From: Candidatus Doudnabacteria bacterium
GTDB taxonomy: Bacteria > Patescibacteriota > Doudnabacteria > UBA920 > 2-01-FULL-46-14
Length of the DNA: 42,139 nucleotides
Direction of reading: 5' to 3'
Assembly: GCA_041497195.1 (NCBI GenBank)
Contig: JBGQGB010000002.1
Location: 1-42,139, forward strand
A program made the position numbers and the translations under genes. Positions 23,453-32,574 of the stretch are shown here, piece after piece (position 1 is the stretch's first letter; each line of letters starts with the position of its first letter). The notes under the pieces are model-generated. The model did not search any database and was not told the origin of the DNA. It worked only from the letters and a program-made list of their open reading frames with translations.

Positions 23453-26314
23453 ATGATCGTGAAATTGTACAAGAGCAGAACACTGGGTACAGACCCGATC
23501 GCTTCGAGACTTCTCAGCCAATTGCATGCTGGAGGTTACCGCACGATCAAAGCCATCAGATTGGAACAGGTTTTGCGAGCCGAAGGCGATATCTCGGACA
23601 TTGACGCTTTGAAGAGACTTTTTCACCATCCGTTGCTCGAAACAGTCGGACAGCGAAGTCGTCTGAATAGCAAAAAGCCTATTGTCGAAGTCACATATCA
23701 GCGGAGCATGACTGATCCGGAGCTTGACTCTATCATGCATGCGGCTGCTTCCATGGGGATTTGCGGCCTCGTTTGGGTGCGACTCTCTACGCGTTACGAA
23801 TTCACAGGTATTGGCAGGAAAGAAGCCAGCAAGCTGGCCGCTCAATTTTTCTACAACCCGTTGGTTCAGACGCTTTTGATTCCAGGTAAGGAATGGACCA
23901 CGCTCGTCCCACAGGGTGAGCCAGGCGGAGTGGAGCAAATCGACCTCGCGCTTATGTCCCTGCGCCAACTCAGAAAATTTTCCGACGATCGCCTCCTCCA
24001 CATGCCTTCTGAACAACTCCTCGCAGTGCAGAAGTTTTTCATCCGTGAGGGAAGGCCATCTCGTGATGCTGAGGTTGAGATGATTGCTGCCAAGTGGAGC
24101 GACCATTGCTACCATACTACGTGGAAGCGTCTCGGTCTTTTGGAGTATTTACGCAAGACCACGGAAAAGATCAACCACCCGCTCGTCGTTTCCGCATACG
24201 TCGACAACTCTGGCGTGATGCGTTTCTACGACGGCTGGGCGCTCAATTCCAAAGGCGAAACCCACATTTTTCCGACCTTTGGCGTCGACCCGTATTGTGG
24301 AATCATGACCAAACACGGGGGCGTGATTCGCGACATCATTTCCACAGGCCAGGGTGCGTGGCCGTGGGGTGGCACGACTGTCATGGCCACTTGCGATCCG
24401 CGGATCGCTCGATCGCGGGTTCCGAAAGGTGCGTTTCATCCGCAGTTCGTTTTGCATGAAAGCATCCGAGGAACCCACGATTACACCAATCCCATGGGGA
24501 TTCCGATGATGTGGTCTCAGTATCTCGTGCATCCAGACAACTGGAAAGGACTGGCACTGGGACACTCGTTCGGGATTCTGCCCGAGAACAAGGCCAAAAA
24601 GGGGGTACCGCTGCCGGGCGATTTTGTAGTGCTCATCGGCGGTCCGACCGGAAACGATGGCATTCACGGAGCGACCTCCAGCTCCGGAAACATGACAGCC
24701 AAAACCAGGACAGCTGACGCGGCTTCAGTCCAGATAGGTATGCCGATTGAAGAACGCAAGATCATGGAAGCGACACCCCTGCTTCGTGGTGCTGACTGCA
24801 TTCGTGCTTGTCAGGATTGCGGAGCGGCCGGGCTGGCTTCCGCAGTGGGAGAATTGGGCGAGGCGTGCGGCGTGTGGCTGAACCTCGCTTGGGTCCCGCT
24901 CAAATGTGCCGGATTGAAAGATTACCAAATTTTCCTGTCCGAGAGCCAGGAGCGGTGCATTCTCGTGATTCCGCGAGAAAAGCTTCCTCTGGCGTTGGAG
25001 ATTCTGGCGGATTATGAAGTGCGCGCGGCGGTCATCGGGATATTTACCGATACTCGCCGTTGCCAAGTCGTCAATTCTCCGGAAATGAACCAGGGACTTT
25101 GGTCGTCGCATCCGACAGCGCAAATGAGCGGAACAATCGCAGTCGATCTACCCTATAGTTTTCTCAATTCCAGCTGTCCGTTACCAAAGATCAAGACCAG
25201 GAAACCGGCAGTTCAACTGAAACGTTTTCAACCAAGAGTTCCGCAGACTGAATCCCAGTGGGTGCGGCTAGTGTGCGAGCATTTGGCGCACTATAATATC
25301 TGCGATCAGTCAGAGGCGGCTCACCGCTACGATCAGACGGTGCAGGGAAATACTGTCCGAACCTATATCGGCGGGGCGGATGATCGAATGCCTGATGATT
25401 TATCTGTTGTCACTCCGCTTCGCGGCCATTCCCATGGCGCGGGGACTGCCAACGCCGTCAATCAGTTTTACGGCGAAATCAGTCCATCTGTCCAGGGCCG
25501 GTTGGTGGCGGCACAGGCTTTTGCCAAACTAGTCGCGGCCGGCTTCGGCCCCGATGACATCACGCTTTGCGCCAACGTGTATTCGCCGAGAGCCACAGAT
25601 TCTCCGGAGAATGCCTGGCGGCTCAAAGCGCTAGTGAAGCGAGGCTATGGACCGGCATCCGCGATATTAGGAGCGCCCGTGATAACAGGAAAAGACAGCA
25701 GCAGCGGAACCTTCATCACCAAAAACGGCCGGCGAATTGATGCGCCCTTAACTCTCGATATCAACGCCCTGGGGCGTATGCCAGAAGTTGGCCGGCTCAT
25801 CCCCAAACCCTTTCGCAAGCCGGGGGATACGATAGTTTTGTATCATCCAGGTTTGCGGAAATTGAGGCTCGGGGGCTCGGTGTTTTACGATTTGTTCCAC
25901 GAGCGGGGCAGCGAACTCTCACAGCTTGATCTCAGGCAGCTGCGTCTAGGGCTGGAGAGGTATCACCGACTCACAGAAGCGATCAAATGCATTCGTTCCC
26001 AGTCAGTGGTATGCGAGGGGGGACTCATTCGCAGGCTGTTTGAAAAAGGTTTCGGCAGCGGACTCGGTTGTTCTGTCCGCTTACCAGGAGATTCGCTGCA
26101 GTGGTTGTTTGGCGAACCTGGCGCTGCGGTCTTGTTCACTACTGACCTTCAAACATTCACCTATTTTGAGGCGAATGATTTGCACGTGCTGGGTCAGGTT
26201 ACGGCCGAGCCTGCTATCGAAGTCTTCGCTTCAAACCAGAAACGCCTTTTCAAGGCTTCACTCGAGGAGTTTTCATGCGGGTGGTCCAAAACGTTTGCGG
26301 AGGTGGTCCAGTGA
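23453..26314 (+). CDS. purL: Divergent phosphoribosylformylglycinamidine synthase subunit PurL with N-terminal PurS-like extension
   Basis: WSDHC, IRDI, TGNDGIHGAT, VQIG, QDCGAAGL, LSESQER, LFGE motifs in PurL order. Confidence 0.85.
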   Translation: MIVKLYKSRTLGTDPIASRLLSQLHAGGYRTIKAIRLEQVLRAEGDISDIDALKRLFHHPLLETVGQRSRLNSKKPIVEVTYQRSMTDPELDSIMHAAASMGICGLVWVRLSTRYEFTGIGRKEASKLAAQFFYNPLVQTLLIPGKEWTTLVPQGEPGGVEQIDLALMSLRQLRKFSDDRLLHMPSEQLLAVQKFFIREGRPSRDAEVEMIAAKWSDHCYHTTWKRLGLLEYLRKTTEKINHPLVVSAYVDNSGVMRFYDGWALNSKGETHIFPTFGVDPYCGIMTKHGGVIRDIISTGQGAWPWGGTTVMATCDPRIARSRVPKGAFHPQFVLHESIRGTHDYTNPMGIPMMWSQYLVHPDNWKGLALGHSFGILPENKAKKGVPLPGDFVVLIGGPTGNDGIHGATSSSGNMTAKTRTADAASVQIGMPIEERKIMEATPLLRGADCIRACQDCGAAGLASAVGELGEACGVWLNLAWVPLKCAGLKDYQIFLSESQERCILVIPREKLPLALEILADYEVRAAVIGIFTDTRRCQVVNSPEMNQGLWSSHPTAQMSGTIAVDLPYSFLNSSCPLPKIKTRKPAVQLKRFQPRVPQTESQWVRLVCEHLAHYNICDQSEAAHRYDQTVQGNTVRTYIGGADDRMPDDLSVVTPLRGHSHGAGTANAVNQFYGEISPSVQGRLVAAQAFAKLVAAGFGPDDITLCANVYSPRATDSPENAWRLKALVKRGYGPASAILGAPVITGKDSSSGTFITKNGRRIDAPLTLDINALGRMPEVGRLIPKPFRKPGDTIVLYHPGLRKLRLGGSVFYDLFHERGSELSQLDLRQLRLGLERYHRLTEAIKCIRSQSVVCEGGLIRRLFEKGFGSGLGCSVRLPGDSLQWLFGEPGAAVLFTTDLQTFTYFEANDLHVLGQVTAEPAIEVFASNQKRLFKASLEEFSCGWSKTFAEVVQ

Positions 26315-27039
26315 AACCAAAAGCTCTCGTTCCTTGGATGCCAGGGACCAATTGTCATCTGGAGATGGCCCGGGCATTTGAACTTGCGGGAGCGATTGCG
26401 GAGATTGTACCGCTCCGCAGGTTTCTCGCTCAGCGCCGCAAATTCAGTGATCATCAACTCATCGGCTGGGCAGGGGGGTTTAGCTGGGGCGATCACTTAC
26501 GAGCTGGATGGATCGCAGCGATTGACCTCACGAATCCTCTTCGCGACCAGGTCCTGGAGGCAAGAGAGAAAAAAGTCCCGATGTTGGGCGTCTGCAACGG
26601 GTGCCAAATCTTGGTCTCAGCGGGATTGCTGCCGGGCCTCAGTGAGCTCGGGCATCCTACTGCGGCACTTGATACAAACTCTAGCGGGCGTTTCGAACAT
26701 CGGAATGCAGTTTCGATCTATATCCAGGAACAGTCGAAGGTAAAGTGCTTGTGGACTGAGCAGCTCGGCGGGCAAACTATCTGTCTGCCAGTTGCCAATG
26801 GGGAAGGCAGGTTCGTCTGGCTCGAGAAAACCGTCTGTCGCGTCGTTGCGACTTATGGTTCTCCACGAGGGGAGATTTCATATCCCGCCAGTCCCAGCGG
26901 CAGTCCAGTCGCAGGCATGATCAATGACGATGGAACTATCCTAGTCTTGATGCCTCACCCAGAGCGCCGCATAGATATGGATCACGGCGGCGTTCAAGGG
27001 CTAGGGATTTTTCAAGCGGGGGTGGCGGCTGTGCTCTAA
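26311..27039 (+). CDS. purQ: FGAM synthase glutaminase subunit PurQ
   Basis: PGTNC, GGFSWGDHLRAG, GVCNGCQIL (catalytic Cys), MPHPER (His/Glu). GTG start overlaps the purL stop. Confidence 0.92.
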   Translation: MKPKALVPWMPGTNCHLEMARAFELAGAIAEIVPLRRFLAQRRKFSDHQLIGWAGGFSWGDHLRAGWIAAIDLTNPLRDQVLEAREKKVPMLGVCNGCQILVSAGLLPGLSELGHPTAALDTNSSGRFEHRNAVSIYIQEQSKVKCLWTEQLGGQTICLPVANGEGRFVWLEKTVCRVVATYGSPRGEISYPASPSGSPVAGMINDDGTILVLMPHPERRIDMDHGGVQGLGIFQAGVAAVL

Positions 27040-27055
27040 ATTTCACGAGATGTTT

Positions 27056-27105
27056 GCGCCTGGTCTGCTTTCCCGAAAAGGGGAGCGGGCCAGGCGTATT
27101 TTTTT
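27056..27105 (+). terminator. purL-purQ terminator
   Basis: Long stem GCGCCTGGTC...GGCCAGGCGT with a GAAA loop and T run. Confidence 0.85.
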
Positions 27106-27111
27106 CAAAGT

Positions 27112-27140
27112 TTGACGAAACTGCCATAATTTGCTATAAT
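27112..27140 (+). promoter_or_regulatory. Sigma70 promoter upstream of yjbQ leader
   Basis: TTGACG, 17 nt, TGcTATAAT. Confidence 0.85.
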
Positions 27141-27271
27141 GTATGTACGATTCAAAAGGCTGAATAGAAACAAAACATTACAGAAGCCTCGGAGTAGTTA
27201 ATTTGGTCTTGCCCGAAGGCTTCCCTAAAAAACAAATGAAAAGAAAAGCATCCTTGGTGTTTTCCGCTCTT

Positions 27272-27310
27272 ACCCTATTTTCGCTTGAAAAGCGAGATTT
27301 GGGTTTTTTT
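27272..27310 (+). terminator. Intrinsic terminator between that promoter and yjbQ
   Basis: ACCC..TTTCGCT-tgaa-AAGCGAGA..GGGT followed by a 7-T run. Confidence 0.75.
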
Positions 27311-27444
27311 ATTTTACGTTTGATTCACAAATTTTAATTCATGCTATCCCAAATATTTTTGCAGTTTGCAGCGGAGGTCAGGTCGCATTATCGGGTTTGG
27401 ATGAGTCAAATATATAAAATTTTATCCAGGAAATAAGCAAACTC

Positions 27445-27885
27445 ATGACCACCTACGTTAAAGAGATCGAATTTGAAACTCACACGCAATTTGAAATCCG
27501 CGATATTACCAAAGATGTCCAGGACGCTTTGAGCAAAAGCAAAGTTCGTTCCGGGATCGCGGTAGTGTTTTCCCCTCACACTACGGCGGCAATTCGTATA
27601 AATCACGACGAGGCCCTGCTCAAGCAGGACATCATGAAAATGCTGTATCGGTTAGTACCAGTGGACATCAATTACGGACACGACTTTTTCGAAATCCGCA
27701 CCAATGCCAAGCCGGACGAACGTTCGAACGGGCACGCTCACGTGAAAGCATTTTTGCTCGGGGATAGCGAGACTATCCCGGTTGATAAAGGCAAGATGCT
27801 TCTCGGCGACCGGCAGAGCATTTTTTTTGTCGAGCTCGACGGTGGGCGCAAGCGCAGCGCTATCATTCAAATTTTTGGAGAATAA
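27445..27885 (+). CDS. yjbQ: YjbQ family protein (secondary thiamine-phosphate synthase family)
   Basis: PHTTAAI, NGHAHVKA, LGDRQSIFFVELDG motifs. Confidence 0.9.
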   Translation: MTTYVKEIEFETHTQFEIRDITKDVQDALSKSKVRSGIAVVFSPHTTAAIRINHDEALLKQDIMKMLYRLVPVDINYGHDFFEIRTNAKPDERSNGHAHVKAFLLGDSETIPVDKGKMLLGDRQSIFFVELDGGRKRSAIIQIFGE

Positions 27886-27921
27886 AAATTAAACACTTGG
27901 GGAAGGGGGTGATATTGTAAA

Positions 27922-28599
27922 ATGTCAACCGGAGAAGTAATAGCTATTTCGCTTCAGAGCCTCTACGACCGGCTCATCAGCTTTTTGCCGGTATTGGTTG
28001 TCGCTGTCGTGGTGCTCATTTTAGGTTGGATTCTAGGAGCCGGTTTGGGAACTATCGTGGAAAAGATTCTTGACACTATCAAAATCGACAGCCTAGCCAA
28101 CAGTCTCGGACTAGACAGATTGTCTGCCCGCGCCGGTAAGAAACTTTCCGTGGCAGCATTTGGCAATTGGCTCGTGAAGTGGTTTTTTATTGTTGCGACT
28201 TTTTTGGCGGCGGCCGATATTTTGGGCCTCGCCCAGGTCAGCAATTTTCTCTATGGCCAAGTCATTCCTTATTTTGGTGATGTCATTGTAGCGGTTGCGA
28301 TAATGCTGGTTGGGCTTGTGGCTGCTGATTTTTTGCAAGGCGTGGTGCGTCATTCGTTGCACGCCGGTGGCTTGCATGTGTCTGATACTTTGGCTCTCAT
28401 TACCAAATGGGCCATTCTGGTCTTCGCCTTTTTGGCAACGCTCGCGCAGTTGCACGTCGCTACGGATTTTGTCAAGGAGTTGTTCCTCGCGTTTGTGGCC
28501 ATGCTCGCTATCGCGGGAGGCCTAGCCTTTGGTCTCGGCGGCCGAGATCATGCCAAGAAATTCTTGGATGCTATGGAAAAGGACCTGAACGGGAAGTAA
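27922..28599 (+). CDS. TM-helix-repeat membrane protein (MscS-associated/CmpX-like)
   Basis: FLPVLVVAVVVLILGW repeat, AGGLAFGLGGRD C-terminal motif. Confidence 0.8.
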   Translation: MSTGEVIAISLQSLYDRLISFLPVLVVAVVVLILGWILGAGLGTIVEKILDTIKIDSLANSLGLDRLSARAGKKLSVAAFGNWLVKWFFIVATFLAAADILGLAQVSNFLYGQVIPYFGDVIVAVAIMLVGLVAADFLQGVVRHSLHAGGLHVSDTLALITKWAILVFAFLATLAQLHVATDFVKELFLAFVAMLAIAGGLAFGLGGRDHAKKFLDAMEKDLNGK

Positions 28600-28626
28600 A
28601 CCAAATAGGTTTTACCATGCAGCTTC

Positions 28627-28655
28627 AAAAAACCTCGCATCCAGCGGGGTTTTTT
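28627..28655 (+). terminator. Terminator
   Basis: AAAAACCTCGC-atcca-GCGGGGTTTTTT. Confidence 0.75.
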
Positions 28656-28770
28656 GTTTGGGTAATAATTAACCCCCCACTTTCCAAGATGAGAAAGTGG
28701 GGGGCCCCTAATTACTCCTAACTTTCGGAGTACGATTTGATTGTTCCCGGGCCATCTGGCGGTATTGCTG

Positions 28771-29367
28771 CTAGTTCGCTGGCGCCGGGTTTATGGCCAG
28801 CTTGGGAAGCGGGCTGCCAAACATCTGTACAGTTACGACTGCGTTCTGGCCGTTGGATTTATTGGAAACCACCGCGATGCCGACCTCGGAAAACAGGGGG
28901 GAAAGCAGATTTTCGCGGTGAGAGGGGCTTTTGAGGAAATCCCGCTCCAATTCATCAGTGTTCGTGTAGTTGATTGCCAGGTTTTCGCCGGCGAACAGAT
29001 AGGCAAAACCGGCTTGTTTTATGAAATCCCATGGCTGCAGGCCGCTCGGCGAGGTGTGGGCGAAATAATGGCGGGCCAGGATGTCGTGAGCTTTGGCCAA
29101 AGCCGCGCTTTGCAGCTGCCGATTCTCGACCAGAGGAGGAAGGCCGTTTTTGAGGCGGTCCTGATTGAGAGCGCTCAAAAGGTTGCCGCTGGTCAGGTTG
29201 GCCTGGTTCGCTTCGCGGGACGGCAAATAAATCGCTGAAAACAGGATGATAGTTGCTATCAGTAGAATTTTGAATACAGTCAGACTGGGTCTGCCGGCGG
29301 ATTCTTCGTGATACTGCGCGAAATCCGCTTGCAAGCCCAAAGTCGCCACCGCTGGGCTGTCAGTCAT
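28771..29367 (-). CDS. CAP/SCP domain protein
   Basis: LNQDR..NGLPPL, YFAHTSP, AGENLA, SPSHRENLL, EVGIAV. Confidence 0.92.
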   Translation of the reverse strand: MTDSPAVATLGLQADFAQYHEESAGRPSLTVFKILLIATIILFSAIYLPSREANQANLTSGNLLSALNQDRLKNGLPPLVENRQLQSAALAKAHDILARHYFAHTSPSGLQPWDFIKQAGFAYLFAGENLAINYTNTDELERDFLKSPSHRENLLSPLFSEVGIAVVSNKSNGQNAVVTVQMFGSPLPKLAINPAPAN

Positions 29368-29507
29368 TGCTTATTGATTTTAGTTTTTGTTTTGGCCCCA
29401 AGGCCATCACCTTGGATAGGCTTTTTTGTTTCTGATTCCTATACTTTCTTAATCTCATTATAGCAGAATTTTTGCTTCTCGTCCAGGGCTTTGCCTATAA
29501 TTAGTTC

Positions 29508-30140
29508 ATGAGAGACCTCATTGACAGGCTGAAACAGCTGGGAGTCTTGAAAACCCCTCGGATCGAGGCTGGATTTCTGAAAAATGACCGGAGAAATTTC
29601 GTTCCGCCGGAGTTGGTGGATGATACTTATGAGGATATGCCGCTGCCTATTGGGGATGGGCAAACGATTTCGCAGCCATACACCGTGGCTTTTATGCTCG
29701 AGCTTCTTGAGCCCCAATCCGGCCAGAGAGTTTTGGATATCGGCTCTGGTTCAGGCTGGACAACGGCAATTCTCGCGAGTATTGTGGGAAGCAGGGGGCG
29801 GGTCACAGGACTCGAAATCAATCCGGCTGTTTACAAATTCGGGTTGAATAATCTGCAGCGCACGAGGTACAAGAATATTGAATTGTTGAACCAATCAGGC
29901 TGGGAAGGATATGAGCCGGCCGGACCTTATGACAGGATTTTGGTCGGTGCCGCAGCGCCTGCGATCCCGGCTAAACTCAAGCAGCAGCTGAAAATTGGTG
30001 GAGTCATGGTGATTCCGGTTGGAACTGTTTTTGACTGCTCGGTGGTGAGACTGGAGAAACTAGGTGGAAATAGATTTAAAAAAGAAACTTATCCAGGGTT
30101 TGCATTTGTGCCTTTTCTAAAAAAAAGAAATAAAAACTAA
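29508..30140 (+). CDS. pcm: Protein-L-isoaspartate O-methyltransferase
   Basis: GQTISQPYTVAFML, VLDIGSGSGW, PYDRILVGAA. Confidence 0.95.
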   Translation: MRDLIDRLKQLGVLKTPRIEAGFLKNDRRNFVPPELVDDTYEDMPLPIGDGQTISQPYTVAFMLELLEPQSGQRVLDIGSGSGWTTAILASIVGSRGRVTGLEINPAVYKFGLNNLQRTRYKNIELLNQSGWEGYEPAGPYDRILVGAAAPAIPAKLKQQLKIGGVMVIPVGTVFDCSVVRLEKLGGNRFKKETYPGFAFVPFLKKRNKN

Positions 30141-31213
30141 TGCGCCATCTGACGAACATTTTGAAATGGTTCGCGATTTTGTTGCTCATCTTCGCCGCCG
30201 GTTTTGTGATCTATCTGCAAGTGAAAATACAGCAGCCGTTCAAGACCGGGGCGGGGGCAAAGCTGTTCGTGATCTCCAAGGGAGAAACGAGCAAGCAAAT
30301 CGGTCAGGATCTGAAGGATCAAGGATTCATCAGCAGCCCTTTGTTTTTCGAGCTCAATGCGCGCCTTAAAAATTTAGGCGGCAAGATTCAGGCGGGCGTG
30401 TATTCGCTCTCTCCTTCTATGTCAGTGAGCGACATCACCAAAATTTTCATCGACGGCAAAGTCGTAAACAATACTGTCAAATTGACGATTCTGGAAGGAT
30501 GGACAGCCAAAGACATTGCCAAAGCTCTGGAGAACGGCCAAATCTTGAGCGCAAATGCTTTTCTCAATCTCACCACCGCGGCGGCGAAAAACGATTTTGC
30601 CTCTCTGATCGCAAGTTTTGCCTTTCTGGCGGACAAACCCAAAAGTGCCAGTCTGGAGGGCTATCTTTTTCCTGATACTTATTTTTTTCTGAAAGACAGC
30701 AAACCGCTTGATGTGGCGAAGAAAATCTTGCAAAACTTCGACCGCAAGACTGCTGATGTCCAAACGCAGGCCCATTCTCAGGGCAAAAGCCTCTACGCCA
30801 TAGTCACCATGGCTTCTATTATCGAGCGGGAAGTCGGGCGGAATGTGGATAAACTCACACCAGCTGATTTTCAAAAACTGCAGCAGGAGCGGCGCCTGGT
30901 TGCCAGCGTGTTTTATAATCGGCTGAAGATCGGCATGGCTCTTGAGTCAGACGCAACTGTGAGTTATGTGACTGGCAGCAAATCCAACCGAGCCACTCTG
31001 GAGGAGACGAAGATCAATTCGCCCTACAACACTTACAAATACCGCGGTTTGCCGCCCGGACCTATTTCCAATCCGTCGCTTGATTCGATAGAAGCAGCCC
31101 TGAGCCCGGCCCAGAGCGATTATTTGTATTTTGTGACAGCACCGGACGGGACTGCCTATTTTGCCAAAACTCTGCAGGAGCACAATCAGAACAGGCAGAA
31201 GTATATTCAGTAA
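30140..31213 (+). CDS. mltG: Endolytic transglycosylase MltG
   Basis: LEGYLFPDTY, ASIIERE, LESDATV, SPYNTY..GLPPGPISNP, YLYFV. Confidence 0.96.
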   Translation: MRHLTNILKWFAILLLIFAAGFVIYLQVKIQQPFKTGAGAKLFVISKGETSKQIGQDLKDQGFISSPLFFELNARLKNLGGKIQAGVYSLSPSMSVSDITKIFIDGKVVNNTVKLTILEGWTAKDIAKALENGQILSANAFLNLTTAAAKNDFASLIASFAFLADKPKSASLEGYLFPDTYFFLKDSKPLDVAKKILQNFDRKTADVQTQAHSQGKSLYAIVTMASIIEREVGRNVDKLTPADFQKLQQERRLVASVFYNRLKIGMALESDATVSYVTGSKSNRATLEETKINSPYNTYKYRGLPPGPISNPSLDSIEAALSPAQSDYLYFVTAPDGTAYFAKTLQEHNQNRQKYIQ

Positions 31214-31216
31214 CGT

Positions 31217-31244
31217 TTGACAGGTCATTAGAAACCGGTATAAT
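31217..31244 (+). promoter_or_regulatory. rplJ promoter
   Basis: TTGACA, 16 nt, TATAAT. Confidence 0.85.
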
Positions 31245-31265
31245 ACCTTTATAGTTAAATAAATC

Positions 31266-31315
31266 CCTAAGACCGCAGGGGTCCGCCACAAGCGGACTTA
31301 AATAACCTGCCGAGG
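31266..31315 (+). promoter_or_regulatory. L10 leader (ribosomal protein autoregulatory RNA)
   Basis: CCTAAGACCGCAGG-[GTCCGC..GCGGAC hairpin]-TTAAATAA-CCTGCCGAGG matches the known L10-leader core, upstream of rplJ. Confidence 0.85.
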
Positions 31316-31461
31316 AACTAGAGTAGCGGTTAGCTTGTAGCTAATAGCTTTTAGAGACTCGGCCAGGATGCCGAGATTTTTTGTATCCTAAATAGCGCAC
31401 TACGAATGCGCACATCCGAATAATTCGGAACATTCGGAGGGAATTAGTAAATTAGAATCTC

Positions 31462-31980
31462 ATGCTCAAAAAACAGGAAAAAAAGGATTTGGTGAAAAAG
31501 CTGATCGCAGAGTTCAAGGACGCCAAAGGTATCGTTCTTAGTAATTTTCAGGGACTGCCGACCAAAGAGTCCCAAGTCCTGCGCACTGAATTGCGCAAAG
31601 AAAACATTACGTACAAAGTCGTCAAGCTGACCCTGATCAAACGGATTTTGCGCGGCGCCGGTATTGACGTCAGAAAGTTCGAGCACAAAGTCCCCCTGGC
31701 CCTGGCTTTCAGCAAAGAGGACGAGCTGGCACCGGCGCGGATTTTGCAGGCGTTTGCCAAGACTCATGAAAATCTCAAGGTTGTCGCCGGGGTGCTGGAT
31801 AAAAAGCTGATTGATGCGGCCGGAGTGAAAATTTTGGCCCTGTTGCCGGGCAAACAGGAATTGCTCGCCCAGGTGGTCGGAGTGATTGCCTCGCCGCTGC
31901 GCGGTTTTGTTTCAGTATTATCCGGAAATTTGCGCGGACTGGTGAATGCGCTCAAGGCGATTGAGAAGCAAAAAGCATAA
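31462..31980 (+). CDS. rplJ: 50S ribosomal protein L10
   Basis: LRTELRK..YKVVKLTL, LPGKQELLAQVVG. Confidence 0.95.
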   Translation: MLKKQEKKDLVKKLIAEFKDAKGIVLSNFQGLPTKESQVLRTELRKENITYKVVKLTLIKRILRGAGIDVRKFEHKVPLALAFSKEDELAPARILQAFAKTHENLKVVAGVLDKKLIDAAGVKILALLPGKQELLAQVVGVIASPLRGFVSVLSGNLRGLVNALKAIEKQKA

Positions 31981-31986
31981 GTAGTC

Positions 31987-32042
31987 CCTGAGCGAGTTCC
32001 GCCCATGGCGTGACGAATCGAAGGGCCTTCGACAAGCTCAGG
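31987..32042. repeat. REP-like palindromic element in the rplJ-rplL spacer
   Basis: CCTGAGC...GCTCAGG outer arms with TCGAAGG-g-CCTTCGA inner palindrome. Confidence 0.7.
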
Positions 32043-32094
32043 CAATAAATTTTGTAGATTGAAAATTGATAATTAAAAATTACTAAGGAGTAAT

Positions 32095-32520
32095 ATGGAA
32101 GAAGAAACTGCAAAAAAAGAAGTTCCGCAAAAGTTCAAAGCCCTGGTTGAGTCAGTCGATAAACTCTCAGCTTTGGAACTCTCCGAACTGGTGAAAGTTC
32201 TCGAGGATCGTTTCGGCGTCAGTGCGGCTGCTCCCATGATGATGGGGTCCGCCTTTGGCGGACAGACAGCTGGTGCTGCTGGTGGGGAAGCCGGAGCAGC
32301 CGAAGAGAAAAGCGAATTCACAGTTGAGCTGACTGAGGCTGGACCCAACAAAATTTCAGTCATCAAAATAGTCCGCGAAGTGACTGGCAAAGGCCTCAAG
32401 GAAGCCAAAGACCTTGTCGACGGCGCGCCCAAGGCCATCAAGGAGAACGTCAGCAAGGCAGATGCCGAAGAGCTCAAGAAAAAGCTCGAGGAAGCCGGCG
32501 GCAAAGTAACCTTGAAGTAA
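32095..32520 (+). CDS. rplL: 50S ribosomal protein L7/L12
   Basis: [42 protein letters not shown]. Confidence 0.97.
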   Translation: MEEETAKKEVPQKFKALVESVDKLSALELSELVKVLEDRFGVSAAAPMMMGSAFGGQTAGAAGGEAGAAEEKSEFTVELTEAGPNKISVIKIVREVTGKGLKEAKDLVDGAPKAIKENVSKADAEELKKKLEEAGGKVTLK

Positions 32521-32535
32521 AATTTGGTACTGTGA

Positions 32536-32565
32536 AAAGACAGCTCGCCTCGGCGAGCTGTCTTT
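32536..32565. terminator. Terminator after rplL
   Basis: 14-bp perfect stem AAAGACAGCTCGCC/GGCGAGCTGTCTTT. Confidence 0.85.
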
Positions 32566-32574
32566 GTTTGCTGT

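Noticed and set aside
27140-27440. TPP, purine, ZTP, preQ1 or T-box riboswitch upstream of yjbQ
   Set aside because: Core consensus strings are not present; kept only as an unclassified leader.
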